64,000 nucleotides of DNA from an uncultured Candidatus Saccharibacteria bacterium. Its GTDB lineage: Bacteria > Patescibacteriota > Minisyncoccia > Phycocordibacterales > SBAW01. The number at the start of each line of letters is the position of its first letter. The stretch's first letter is position 1. Below the pieces are notes generated by a model that was given only the letters and a program-made list of their open reading frames with translations, had not been told where the DNA came from and searched no databases. Where the stretch lies: positions 15,598-79,597 of the forward strand of contig CAYHDT010000002.1 of NCBI GenBank assembly GCA_964355655.1. Direction: 5' to 3'. The translations under genes were made by a program, and so were the position numbers. Positions 9,968 through 18,862 of the stretch are shown piece after piece.

Positions 9968-11326
9968 ATGTTCCTGCATGATACTGCGCACAGTGCAAAT
10001 GCCTGGATAGACGGTTGGCACGTAGAAACCATAGTGGTGGCGGGGACGGCCATGTTTGTTTTTGTACTGACTGCTCTCGTGGTCGACCCCGATGCAGTGC
10101 TGGCTGCCGGGAGCGCGCTTGTGGCTCTCTCGCCGTTGTGGTTGCCGGTAACTCTATTTGTTATATTTTGGAAGATATGGATGCATTACATCCGCTATGC
10201 GTACTGGTTTCGCCAGCCGATGACTCTGTTGCATATCGAGCTGCCGCCCGAAGTAGCCAAATCGCCGCTTGCGATGGAGCTTGTATTGGTAGGCCTGTGG
10301 AATAACGGCAGTGAAACAACATTCATCCAGCGCATATGGAAGGGACAATTCAGAGCCATTTCAACGCTGGAGTTGGTAAGCAATGAAGGCCGTATCGGCT
10401 ACTATATCCACCTGCGCAAAAATTGGAAGGAGTTTATAGAGGCCAGAATATACGGACAATTTCCCGAGGCAAAAATTACCGAGGTGACCCGCGACTATGT
10501 CGATGAGGTGCCGTACAATACGGAAGAGTACGACTTGTGGGGAACTGAGTACGCAAAGGAGAGCAGCCTCGCCGAGGCGCTGCCTATTCGCACGTACATC
10601 GACTACGGCCTCGACAAAAATACCGACACACCCGAGATACACGTCGACCCGATGACTAACATTTTGGAATTTCTTTCCACTATCAAGACAGACGAGTACT
10701 TGTGGATACAAATCGTGATGAAGGCGCGCAAAAAAGACGAGTGGTACGGTTTTTATACCGGCAACCACTGGCTGGACGACGCTAAGACGAATATTAAAAA
10801 AATTACCGAAGCGGCCATCGAGCGCGCGCGGGGACTGACCTCCGACGAGGCCGAGCAAAAAAAAGTAGGTTCTCGCGGCGCGATGCTCCTGACCGGCGGG
10901 GAGAAGCTGATGGTTGAGTCCATAGAGCGCTCGCTCACAAAACAGGTGTTCGACTGCGGCTTCCGCACGGTGTATATAGTTAAAAAAGGAAAATTCGACC
11001 TTAGCCGCGTCAACAACTTGGTGCGCTTGTGGGACCCGTTCCGCGGAGAGAATACCAACAAGCTTAGTGTAGCGAGAGGCAAGTCTATATTCGATTATCC
11101 GTGGCAGGACTGGGACGGCATCCGCGCGACCATGATAAGCAAGAAGATGTTCTTTTGGTACAAGCATCGCGCTTATTTCTACGTGCCGTATGACCAAAAA
11201 GAAGTGTGCATGACCACTGAAGAGCTGGCGAGCATTTGGCACTTCCCGAACTCCGAGGTTAAAACACCGGCGCTGCAGCGCGTACCCAGCCGCCGGGCGG
11301 CGGCTCCGTCGGGACTCCCTATTTAA
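9968..11326 (+). CDS. Conserved membrane-anchored hypothetical protein, resembling the N-terminal region of CPR coupling-protein-like ATPases
   Basis: N-terminal TM helices, LHIELPPEVAKSPLAME, IYGQFPEAKITEV, EELASIWHFP; no Walker motif; start uncertain. Confidence 0.65.
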   Translation: MFLHDTAHSANAWIDGWHVETIVVAGTAMFVFVLTALVVDPDAVLAAGSALVALSPLWLPVTLFVIFWKIWMHYIRYAYWFRQPMTLLHIELPPEVAKSPLAMELVLVGLWNNGSETTFIQRIWKGQFRAISTLELVSNEGRIGYYIHLRKNWKEFIEARIYGQFPEAKITEVTRDYVDEVPYNTEEYDLWGTEYAKESSLAEALPIRTYIDYGLDKNTDTPEIHVDPMTNILEFLSTIKTDEYLWIQIVMKARKKDEWYGFYTGNHWLDDAKTNIKKITEAAIERARGLTSDEAEQKKVGSRGAMLLTGGEKLMVESIERSLTKQVFDCGFRTVYIVKKGKFDLSRVNNLVRLWDPFRGENTNKLSVARGKSIFDYPWQDWDGIRATMISKKMFFWYKHRAYFYVPYDQKEVCMTTEELASIWHFPNSEVKTPALQRVPSRRAAAPSGLPI

Positions 11327-11331
11327 TATGG

Positions 11332-11409
11332 TCCCGTTAGAGGCCACAAGTTTTTTATGATCAATAAAAATATTACTAGTATAATAGGGCGTCTGAGCCT
11401 CTAACGGGA
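11332..11409. mobile_element. MITE-like inverted-repeat element, copy 1, at the mltG start codon
   Basis: 13-bp perfect TIR tcccgttagaggc/gcctctaacggga; atgg on both sides. Confidence 0.7.
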
Positions 11410-12413
11410 TGGCTTGGCATCATACCCACCTTCCAACTTTTCATCGTGTGGCGGACTGGTACCGCAACCGCGACACCTTCGAGAAAGCGGCTATTAATCT
11501 TATCGCATGGGGAGGTATTTTGTGGATTTTATACGCGGCATTTTTGTCGGCTCCGTTCGGTTTTCCCAGCGGGGCGTACATAAACATAGAAGAGGGGATG
11601 GGGCTGCGGACTATTGCCGCGCGGTTCGAAGAGCGAGGCGTTGTCGGCAACGCCAAGCTTTTTGAGCTTATAACCCGCGTGCTCGGAGACGATAGGTATA
11701 TACCTGCGGGGCAATATTTCTTTTCCCGCAAAGACAATATGGTTTGGATAGCGATGCGGATATTGAGCGGCGATTTTGAGACGTCGCCGATACGCATCAC
11801 GATACCGGAAGGCTCTGCCATAAAGGATATTGTCAAAATTATGGTCAGAAAAGTGCCGGGATTCAGCCGCCAACAATTTGTCGAGCGTGCGCGGGAAGGG
11901 TATATGTTCCCCGACACTTATTTTTTCCGGCCCGGGCAATCTACCGAAGCGATATTGAGCGTGTTCGAAAACAATTTCCGCGTCAAATTGCTTAAAGTGC
12001 AAAAAGAAATTACCGCTTCGGACCACTCGCTCGATGAACTGCTGACAATGGCCTCGATTCTTGAAAAAGAGGCGTCTAAAACAAAAGACCGGCAGCTGAT
12101 AGCCGGGGTCCTGTGGCATCGCATCGACATCGGCATGCCGCTGCAAACAGACGCGACGTTCCCGTACTATCTTGGCCGCAATACGTTTGAAGTGACACTT
12201 GAAGACTTGCGTGCTGACCATCCGTACAATACCTATACCAATAAAGGCCTCCCTCCCGGTCCGATAGGGAACCCGGGGCTGGACTCTATACTGGCCGCCG
12301 CCACGCCCACGAAGACAAAATACGTCTTCTTTCTGTCCGACCGACAGGGAGTCTTCCACTACAGCGTGACATACGAAGGCCACCTGGCCAACAAAAGAAA
12401 ATATTTAGACTAA
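11409..12413 (+). CDS. mltG: Endolytic transglycosylase MltG
   Basis: ITIPEG, EGYMFPDTY, MASILEKEA, PYNTYTNKGLPPGPIGNPG. Confidence 0.95.
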   Translation: MAWHHTHLPTFHRVADWYRNRDTFEKAAINLIAWGGILWILYAAFLSAPFGFPSGAYINIEEGMGLRTIAARFEERGVVGNAKLFELITRVLGDDRYIPAGQYFFSRKDNMVWIAMRILSGDFETSPIRITIPEGSAIKDIVKIMVRKVPGFSRQQFVERAREGYMFPDTYFFRPGQSTEAILSVFENNFRVKLLKVQKEITASDHSLDELLTMASILEKEASKTKDRQLIAGVLWHRIDIGMPLQTDATFPYYLGRNTFEVTLEDLRADHPYNTYTNKGLPPGPIGNPGLDSILAAATPTKTKYVFFLSDRQGVFHYSVTYEGHLANKRKYLD

Positions 12414-12418
12414 TCTGT

Positions 12419-12703
12419 ATGCACTTAACTTCTCTGGAAATAATTCTTATCATCTCTACTGTGCTTGAATTTAACCCGCTATTTCAAGCGGTCAAAAGTA
12501 TTCGGACCAAAAAAGTTAATGATCTTTCGGTGTGGACATTCTTGTCTATTTTTGTAATTGGGGGACTATGGCTGTATTACGGCATCACTATTATGAGCGT
12601 TCCTCTTATTATCGGTAACACCATAAAACTTTTTACCGCATTAGTGGTTATTTTCATTTATTTTAAATACAGAAATAAAAATTTGGCTATAACTGTCAAA
12701 TAA
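12419..12703 (+). CDS. SemiSWEET/PQ-loop family membrane protein
   Basis: QAVKSIRTKKVNDLS, LWLYYG, PLIIGN; AT-rich. Confidence 0.8.
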   Translation: MHLTSLEIILIISTVLEFNPLFQAVKSIRTKKVNDLSVWTFLSIFVIGGLWLYYGITIMSVPLIIGNTIKLFTALVVIFIYFKYRNKNLAITVK

Positions 12704-12816
12704 AAAGATAATTTGGTTCCAACATATTCCCATACTGCCAGCTCGACATTTTAAATATTTTGTTGTAGTGTTTACTTTAGATTAAAAACGCTTCTTCGGG
12801 AGAAAAGGGGAGTTTA

Positions 12817-13104
12817 ATGGACGACAAATATTTATATCCTACGCCCGGGGGATTGTGGGCCATCAGACGCTGGGTTGAGGGCAAATGGATAACCCTTGTC
12901 CAAGATTCTTACATGGACGAGCCGGGGGCTATAGAGGCTATTATGCGCGTGCTGCGCATCCCGCACACTCAAGCGAGTCTTGATCGGTTTTTCCCTGTCC
13001 AAGCCGAGGCGGGCCGGTGTCCAACGTTGGAGCTCATGGAGCTCTGTAATGTGCTGGATCCGACCAACCCGCATATCAAGAACAGGAAGGAGTATGGAGT
13101 ATAG
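12817..13104 (+). CDS. Hypothetical protein
   Basis: ggggag SD, own downstream terminator. Confidence 0.6.
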   Translation: MDDKYLYPTPGGLWAIRRWVEGKWITLVQDSYMDEPGAIEAIMRVLRIPHTQASLDRFFPVQAEAGRCPTLELMELCNVLDPTNPHIKNRKEYGV

Positions 13105-13167
13105 CGCACCAGCGGCCGTTAACGGCCGCTTTTTCTTTTGCAGCACACGGTATGGTATAACTTGCCC

Positions 13168-14379
13168 ATGTTTCTGGGGGATAAGAAAATATCACGCAAA
13201 CCTAAAGTGTTTGTAGGTTTAAGCGGCGGGGTGGACTCGGCTGTTTCAGCCGCTTTGCTGCAAAAAGAGGGCTACAATGTGACCGGCGTTTTTATACGCA
13301 TCGCAATCGACGGCTACCCGTGTACCGCCGGAGAAGACAAGCTTGACGCCATGCGTGTCGCGGCGCATTTAAAAATACCTTTTCGTACAATTGATTTGTC
13401 GGAAGAGTACAAAAAGAAAGTTTTTGATATTTCAATAAAAGAATTTGAGAAGGGGAGAACCCCAAACCCCGATGCGTTGTGTAACCGTGAAATAAAATTT
13501 GGCCTCTTCTTCGACTGGTGTATGGAGCAGGGCGCCGCCTTGGTCGCTACGGGGCATTATGCGCAAATTGCTCCAGCAAAATCTGTCCAGAAAAAGGTCC
13601 TCGGGTCTCCTGTCTCGGCCAAGACGGAAGAGGCCGGCAGGCCAGACCATTTTTCTAAACAGATTTTGCTTCTGGCTGGTGCAGATCCCGACAAGGACCA
13701 GTCTTACTTCTTGTGGGCCGTACCCGAAACAAAGCTGCGTAAAACGCTGTTTCCTGTCGGGAATTTAACTAAGCCGGAGGTGCGCAAACTGGCGACAGCG
13801 TTTGGTCTGCCGAATGCCGCTCGGAAAGACAGTCAGGGACTCTGTTTTCTTGGGCCTGTATCGATGGACGATATGCTCCGGCAGGAACTAGCACTTGTCC
13901 CCGGTGATGTGATTGATATGCAAGGCGCCCCCATAGGCCGGCACGAAGGCGCGGCCGCCTATACGCTCGGCCAGCGGCACGGGTTTGAGCTTAATGCTCA
14001 TACTCCCGATATTCGACCTCACTTTGTGGTGGCAAAAAATGTCGCGGCAAACACTATTACCGTGTCTACCGAGCGGTTTCCTCAATCTGCGACAGAAACA
14101 CAAATCGAGTTAAGCGATACTAATTGGATAGGGCCTTACTCCGCTGAAGCTACGGAGGGCAAAAAGCTTGCAGCAAGGTATCGTTATCGGCAAAAGCTTA
14201 TTCCGGCTGAGGTAGATTTTGACAAAAGCATCGTTACACTTTTTGAGCCGCACTTTGTGCCGGAAGGCCAGTCGCTTGTTTTGTACGACGGGCAGCGGTG
14301 TCTCGGCGGCGGTGTTATACTAACTGCCAAGTATGGCGATATTCATCGCGAAAGCGGACGGCACGCAAGAGCCGTATAA
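13168..14379 (+). CDS. mnmA: tRNA 2-thiouridylase MnmA, with in-frame palindromic inserts
   Basis: SGGVDS, PNPDALCNREIKFG, ATGHYA, KDQSYFL, KDSQGLCF. Confidence 0.97.
   Translation: MFLGDKKISRKPKVFVGLSGGVDSAVSAALLQKEGYNVTGVFIRIAIDGYPCTAGEDKLDAMRVAAHLKIPFRTIDLSEEYKKKVFDISIKEFEKGRTPNPDALCNREIKFGLFFDWCMEQGAALVATGHYAQIAPAKSVQKKVLGSPVSAKTEEAGRPDHFSKQILLLAGADPDKDQSYFLWAVPETKLRKTLFPVGNLTKPEVRKLATAFGLPNAARKDSQGLCFLGPVSMDDMLRQELALVPGDVIDMQGAPIGRHEGAAAYTLGQRHGFELNAHTPDIRPHFVVAKNVAANTITVSTERFPQSATETQIELSDTNWIGPYSAEATEGKKLAARYRYRQKLIPAEVDFDKSIVTLFEPHFVPEGQSLVLYDGQRCLGGGVILTAKYGDIHRESGRHARAV
13575..13670. repeat. 96-bp palindromic element in frame inside mnmA
   Basis: Terminal 12-bp perfect IR agcaaaatctgt/acagattttgct plus inner IR agaaaaaggtc/gaccatttttct. 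Confidence 0.75.
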
Positions 14380-15175
14380 TCCGGAAAAACTTGTTTCCTC
14401 ACTCATGCGCGCCGGCGCTGAACAGCAATTGGCCCGCGATATTTCCCGCGCCGTCGAGTCGGAGCTCTACGCGGGCATTACCACTCAGGAGATTTACCGG
14501 CACGCTTTTTCCAAACTGCGCGAGTCCAGGCGGGGAGCGGCCGCCCGTTACAGCCTAAAGCGCGCGATACTTGAATTTGGCCCGTCCGGATTTCCCTTCG
14601 AAGCTTATATATCGGAGCTTTTCCGCGCCGAAGGAGCACAGACGCAAATAGACCAGATAATTAAAGGAGCGTGCGTCGAGCACGAAGTCGACGTAGTTGT
14701 GCATCAAAACGGTGCGATAACCTACGTGGAGGCAAAATTCCACAACGCGGCCGGTTTTAAGACAGACCTGAAAACAGTTCTGTATGTTAAAGCGCGCCTC
14801 GATGATATTGCCGCGGCCCGCAAACAAAGAGGTTTGCACGAGCCCATGCGCGGGTTGGTGGTGACTAACACCAAATTTACGAGTGTTGCCGCACAATACG
14901 CTTCTTGCGCCGGGGTTGAAATTTTGGGATGGGAAGAGCCGGACGGCAAAACTCTCCACGACCGCATAGACGCGGCCGGATTGTACCCCGTAACGGCGCT
15001 CACAACGCTCAATCGGCGCGAAAAAATAGCTCTTCTTAGCCAAAAAATAGTGCTCTGCAATGCGCTGGGCGCAGACACCCGGGCTCTTGCCAGGACCGGT
15101 ATAACGGGACAAAAGGCCGATCATGTGTTGGAAGAGGTGGGAGCCTTGTGCGTACCGGGTAAGGATATAGAATAG
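14333..15175 (+). CDS. ATP-cone domain fused to Mrr-like PD-(D/E)XK nuclease
   Basis: IAKADGTQEPYNPEKL ATP cone; GPSGFPFE, EHEVDV, YVEAKFH, VTNTKFT. Confidence 0.85.
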   Translation: MAIFIAKADGTQEPYNPEKLVSSLMRAGAEQQLARDISRAVESELYAGITTQEIYRHAFSKLRESRRGAAARYSLKRAILEFGPSGFPFEAYISELFRAEGAQTQIDQIIKGACVEHEVDVVVHQNGAITYVEAKFHNAAGFKTDLKTVLYVKARLDDIAAARKQRGLHEPMRGLVVTNTKFTSVAAQYASCAGVEILGWEEPDGKTLHDRIDAAGLYPVTALTTLNRREKIALLSQKIVLCNALGADTRALARTGITGQKADHVLEEVGALCVPGKDIE

Positions 15176-15187
15176 GGACGGGCCCCG

Positions 15188-15216
15188 CCCGTACCGAACG
15201 GTACGTTCGGTACGGG
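15188..15216. repeat. Perfect intergenic palindrome
   Basis: cccgtaccgaacg-gta-cgttcggtacggg. Confidence 0.7.
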
Positions 15217-15252
15217 AATTTTATAAAAAACGTTTAAATACAGCACAGCGGT

Positions 15253-15900
15253 ATGCAAGAAAAAAACAGCGGCACAGAGAAACAGGGAGGTTTGTCATGG
15301 TCTACGCCGGCTTCCTCTCCGGCTCAACCGCAAAAACCGGCACAAGCGCAGCAGAAGCCCCCGGCTTTCAGTAAGCCTCCGGCGCCGGCTGCCACGGCCT
15401 CAAGTTCGACAAAATACGCGGGTATGATAGCCGCCGGTATTGTCGCGGGAGTTCTTATCGCATGGGGATGGAGCGCGCTGCGCACTCCCGGCAGCAGCGC
15501 GCAGCAAGCGCAAAATAACGCCGCAACTACCTCTACCGACACCGGATTGGGTATCGGCACAAGCACGGTGCCGGCACTGGGCTCTGATCCGGCGCTCACT
15601 ATTGTGAGCCCGCAGCCTGCGGGGAACTCCGTCGCGGTCGCCAAGGCTATTGTTTCGGGCCCAACATGGGTTGTTATATACGAAAACAAAGACGGCCAGC
15701 CCGGCAATGCTCTTGGGGCGGCGCTCTTTTGGCCGGAAAAACAAAATGGAACCGTTGAACTTTTGCGCTCGACCATGCCGGGCAAATCGTACTTGGCGGT
15801 CAAGCAAACAGACAACGGCGACCGCAAGTTCTCTCTTAAGGACGATCAATTTCTGAGCGAGGGCGGAGCGGTGCAGTGGGTAACGTTCGAGACAAAATAA
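15253..15900 (+). CDS. Single-TM surface protein with C-terminal beta domain
   Basis: Pro/Gln-rich N-terminus, TM helix, QPAG...WVVIYE...PGNALGA...DNGDRKF. Confidence 0.7.
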   Translation: MQEKNSGTEKQGGLSWSTPASSPAQPQKPAQAQQKPPAFSKPPAPAATASSSTKYAGMIAAGIVAGVLIAWGWSALRTPGSSAQQAQNNAATTSTDTGLGIGTSTVPALGSDPALTIVSPQPAGNSVAVAKAIVSGPTWVVIYENKDGQPGNALGAALFWPEKQNGTVELLRSTMPGKSYLAVKQTDNGDRKFSLKDDQFLSEGGAVQWVTFETK

Positions 15901-15921
15901 TCCCAGGGTACAATTACAACC

Positions 15922-16380
15922 ATGGGACTTGAAAACGAGTTTGTGTGGAGGTTGGCGGCAGCGGCTCTACTGGGGGCGCTGCTTGGCCTTGAGCGCTCCT
16001 TGGCGGGCAAGCATGCCGGGATGCGCACGTACGCGCTCGTTTCGATGGGCTCGGCGCTCTTTACCGTCTTGGGAATCGCCGCCAGCTACCAGTTCTCGAT
16101 GTTCCCCGGAGTAAACCCGCTGCAGCTCGCCGGTTTTGTCATCGTCGGCATCGGCTTTATAGGCTCGAGCCTCGGAGGCTTGGGCGGCAGCCATCCCGCG
16201 GAGCTGACTACCGCGTCGGGCGTCTGGGTAGCCGCCGGCATCGGCATTGCAGCCGGTTTCGGGTACGGGTCGGTTGCTTTTGCCGCTACGGTATTTGCGA
16301 TACTTATATTTTCGGTGCTTGCCCGCGTTGAACATAAAATACGAACCAAATTCGGCGAACGCTACGCTCAGCACGAATAG
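15922..16380 (+). CDS. MgtC/SapB family membrane protein
   Basis: GLERS..GKHAGMRTYALVSMGSALF, GIGFIG, LTTASGVWVAAGIG. Confidence 0.92.
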   Translation: MGLENEFVWRLAAAALLGALLGLERSLAGKHAGMRTYALVSMGSALFTVLGIAASYQFSMFPGVNPLQLAGFVIVGIGFIGSSLGGLGGSHPAELTTASGVWVAAGIGIAAGFGYGSVAFAATVFAILIFSVLARVEHKIRTKFGERYAQHE

Positions 16381-16419
16381 GGAAATCGCCCCTCTTACGC
16401 TAAAATAGACCGGCATGAG

Positions 16420-16500
16420 TCCCGTTAGAAATTGTGGAAGTATTAACTGGCAGGATTCTTTATTAGTATTTGGAAGCAAAGCTTCCTATTTCTAACGGGA
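16420..16500. mobile_element. MITE-like inverted-repeat element, copy 2, at a nuclease gene start codon
   Basis: TIR tcccgttagaaat/atttctaacggga; atgag on both sides. Confidence 0.7.
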
Positions 16501-17354
16501 TGAGCCAGTACTACAAGCCGAACCGCCAGCCCGACTACAACTTCGGCGGTCCAAAGTGGCGCCTGTCGCGTTCTAAAATAGACCTCTTTTTAGAATGTCC
16601 GCAATGTTTTTATATCGATAATAAGCTCGGTGTCGCCCGCCCGCCCGGCTATCCGTTTAACCTCAACTCCGCGGTGGACGAATTGTTGAAAAAAGAATTT
16701 GATATCCATCGCGCCAACGGCACGCAGCACCCCTTGGCCAAAAGCTACGGCGTAGAGGCAGTCCCTTTTGACGATCCTAGGATGGACGAGTGGCGCGACG
16801 CTTTGCGGCGCGGGATACAGTGCGTGCACAAAGCGACCGGGCTTACGGTGCGCGGAGGTGTGGACGATGTGTGGGTAGACAAAGACGGCCAACTTATCAT
16901 TGTCGATTATAAAGCGACGAGCAAAAGCGGCAAAATAGAATCTCTTGACGAAGAGTGGCACCGCGGCTACAAGCGCCAGCTTGAAATATATCAATGGCTC
17001 TTTCGCCAGAACGGATTTAAAGTCTCCGACACCGGCTACTGGGTGTACGCCAACGCGAGCAAGGACCGCGCGGCTTTTGACGGCAAATTGGACTTCGAGG
17101 TGACGCTCGTCCCTTACATCGGAAATAGCGACTGGGTCGAGGGGGCGCTGATTAACTTGAAAGCGTGTCTAGACAGCGATAGTATTCCCGAAGCGCTGTC
17201 CGATTGCGACTACTGCCGTTACCGGGGAGCCGCAGGCAAAGCGCTGTTGGCGGCTAAAAGTAAAAATGCCCCGACGCGCGAAGCGGTCAGCGTCCCGGCC
17301 AAAGTGTCGGGGAAAAATAACGACCATGAAAAGAAAACAAATCAGCTTTTCTGA
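16500..17354 (+). CDS. RecB/Cas4-like PD-(D/E)XK nuclease family protein
   Basis: LSRSKI..FLECPQCFY, GGVDDVW, IVDYKAT, QLEIYQ, CDYC. Confidence 0.88.
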   Translation: MSQYYKPNRQPDYNFGGPKWRLSRSKIDLFLECPQCFYIDNKLGVARPPGYPFNLNSAVDELLKKEFDIHRANGTQHPLAKSYGVEAVPFDDPRMDEWRDALRRGIQCVHKATGLTVRGGVDDVWVDKDGQLIIVDYKATSKSGKIESLDEEWHRGYKRQLEIYQWLFRQNGFKVSDTGYWVYANASKDRAAFDGKLDFEVTLVPYIGNSDWVEGALINLKACLDSDSIPEALSDCDYCRYRGAAGKALLAAKSKNAPTREAVSVPAKVSGKNNDHEKKTNQLF

Positions 17355-17595
17355 AAAAGTATACAGAGTAGTGGCGCGTATTCCGCGCGGCAAGACCATG
17401 AGCTACAAGCAGGTGGCCGCCAAGGCGGGCAACCCCAGAGCGGCCCGCGCGGTAGGCACACTTATGTCGCACAACTACGACCCAAAAATACCGTGCCACC
17501 GGGTTGTGCGCAGCGACGGAAAAATAGGCGACTATAATCGCGGCGGTCCGAGCCGTAAAATAGAGCTATTGCTCGAGGAGGCGTATAAACGCTAA
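17326..17595 (+). CDS. MGMT (O6-alkylguanine alkyltransferase) family protein
   Basis: IPRGKTMSYKQVA, AARAVG, PCHRVV. Confidence 0.92.
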   Translation: MKRKQISFSEKVYRVVARIPRGKTMSYKQVAAKAGNPRAARAVGTLMSHNYDPKIPCHRVVRSDGKIGDYNRGGPSRKIELLLEEAYKR

Positions 17596-18138
17596 GGCTT
17601 CTTCAAACACCGCATCTTTCGACTGAGTCGCGTCAATTATTTTAAAAGGAACGCCTGAACTGTGCGCGTACTCATTTTCCGCCCCCGCAGCTGCAAGACG
17701 CTTTTCTACATCTATGCGCGAGGGGTCCTCTCCGAGGCGCCGGCGCAGCTCATCTTGGTCGGCAATATAAAGGAACAGGAAGAGCACCTTATTAATTTTG
17801 TTAACTTCTTGCGCGTAGCAAAACAACTTTTTTGGCGCCGTACCCGCTAAGAGGGGTATATATACGCCGCTGTCGAGCGCTTCGTCCACGGCGCGCCTCC
17901 GGGTCCCGTACCAGTAGGTAGTGTTGAAAGGCTTTTCGGCCCAAAGGAATTCTCCCGCATCCAGCTGTTTCTTAAATTCACCTTCGGATATATACGTTAA
18001 TTCTCCTTCGACATCCGAGGCACGCTTGGATCGAGTGGTAAAGCTTTCGAGGGGTTTGGCCCCGGGAATAGCGGCTTGAAGCTGCTTCATAAGTGTCGTT
18101 TTACCGCTTCCTGAGGCGCCGGTAAGTACGATAATCAT
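17566..18138 (-). CDS. Guanylate kinase-like P-loop kinase
   Basis: GASGSGKT, SFTTRSKR, YWYGT. Confidence 0.8.
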   Translation of the reverse strand: MIIVLTGASGSGKTTLMKQLQAAIPGAKPLESFTTRSKRASDVEGELTYISEGEFKKQLDAGEFLWAEKPFNTTYWYGTRRRAVDEALDSGVYIPLLAGTAPKKLFCYAQEVNKINKVLFLFLYIADQDELRRRLGEDPSRIDVEKRLAAAGAENEYAHSSGVPFKIIDATQSKDAVFEEALAFIRLLEQ

Positions 18139-18169
18139 AGGGAGAGTATACTACGGCAACGCGTTGACT

Positions 18170-18841
18170 ATGATAAAAATTGACCCAAGCTGGAAAGAAG
18201 TTCTGCAAGCCGAATTCGGCAAAGATTATTTTGCGGCTCTGACCGCTTTTGTTAAAGATGAGTACAAAAAAGGCGGGGTGTACCCTGCGCCTAAAAATAT
18301 TTTCAGGACTTTTGACCTGACTCCGTTTGATAAAGTAAAAGTCGTCATTCTGGGGCAGGATCCGTACCACGGGAAAGGACAGGCAAACGGCCTGTGCTTT
18401 GCGGTCGGGGAAGGGATGGCGTTACCGCCGTCTTTGCAGAATATATACAAAGAACTCGAAAGCGACCTGCATAATCAAGGACGGTCCTTGATTAAAACAG
18501 GGGATTTGGAACGATGGGCTAAGCAGGGAGTATTGCTGTTAAATGCGACACTGACCGTGCGGGCCGCCAGCCCCGGCTCGCATCAAAAAAAGGGCTGGGA
18601 GGAGTTTACCGACACGGCGATTAAAGCGCTATCGGAAAAACGGGAACATTTGGTATTTATCCTGTGGGGCAATTACGCCAAGCAAAAAGGAGTGCACATT
18701 GATCGCACTAAGCATTTGGTTATAGAGTCGCCGCACCCGTCGCCTTTTTCGGCGCATAGCGGCTTCTTTGGCTCGCGTCCATTCAGCAAGACAAATGAGT
18801 ATTTAACATCCACCGGCCAGCAACCAATCAGCTGGTTATAA
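18170..18841 (+). CDS. ung: Uracil-DNA glycosylase family 1
   Basis: GQDPYH, PPSLQNI, GVLLLNA, HPSPFSA. Confidence 0.97.
   Translation: MIKIDPSWKEVLQAEFGKDYFAALTAFVKDEYKKGGVYPAPKNIFRTFDLTPFDKVKVVILGQDPYHGKGQANGLCFAVGEGMALPPSLQNIYKELESDLHNQGRSLIKTGDLERWAKQGVLLLNATLTVRAASPGSHQKKGWEEFTDTAIKALSEKREHLVFILWGNYAKQKGVHIDRTKHLVIESPHPSPFSAHSGFFGSRPFSKTNEYLTSTGQQPISWL
18472..18494. repeat. Mini-palindrome inside ung
   Basis: taatcaagg-acggt-ccttgatta; its reverse complement equals the core of the copy at 46656-46680. Confidence 0.8.
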
Positions 18842-18862
18842 ATAAAAGGTGACACCTTTTAT

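Noticed and set aside
16500-17354. Cas4-like nuclease as evidence of CRISPR-Cas
   Set aside because: No cas1/cas2 and no repeat-spacer array in the window; the palindromes are dispersed, not regularly spaced
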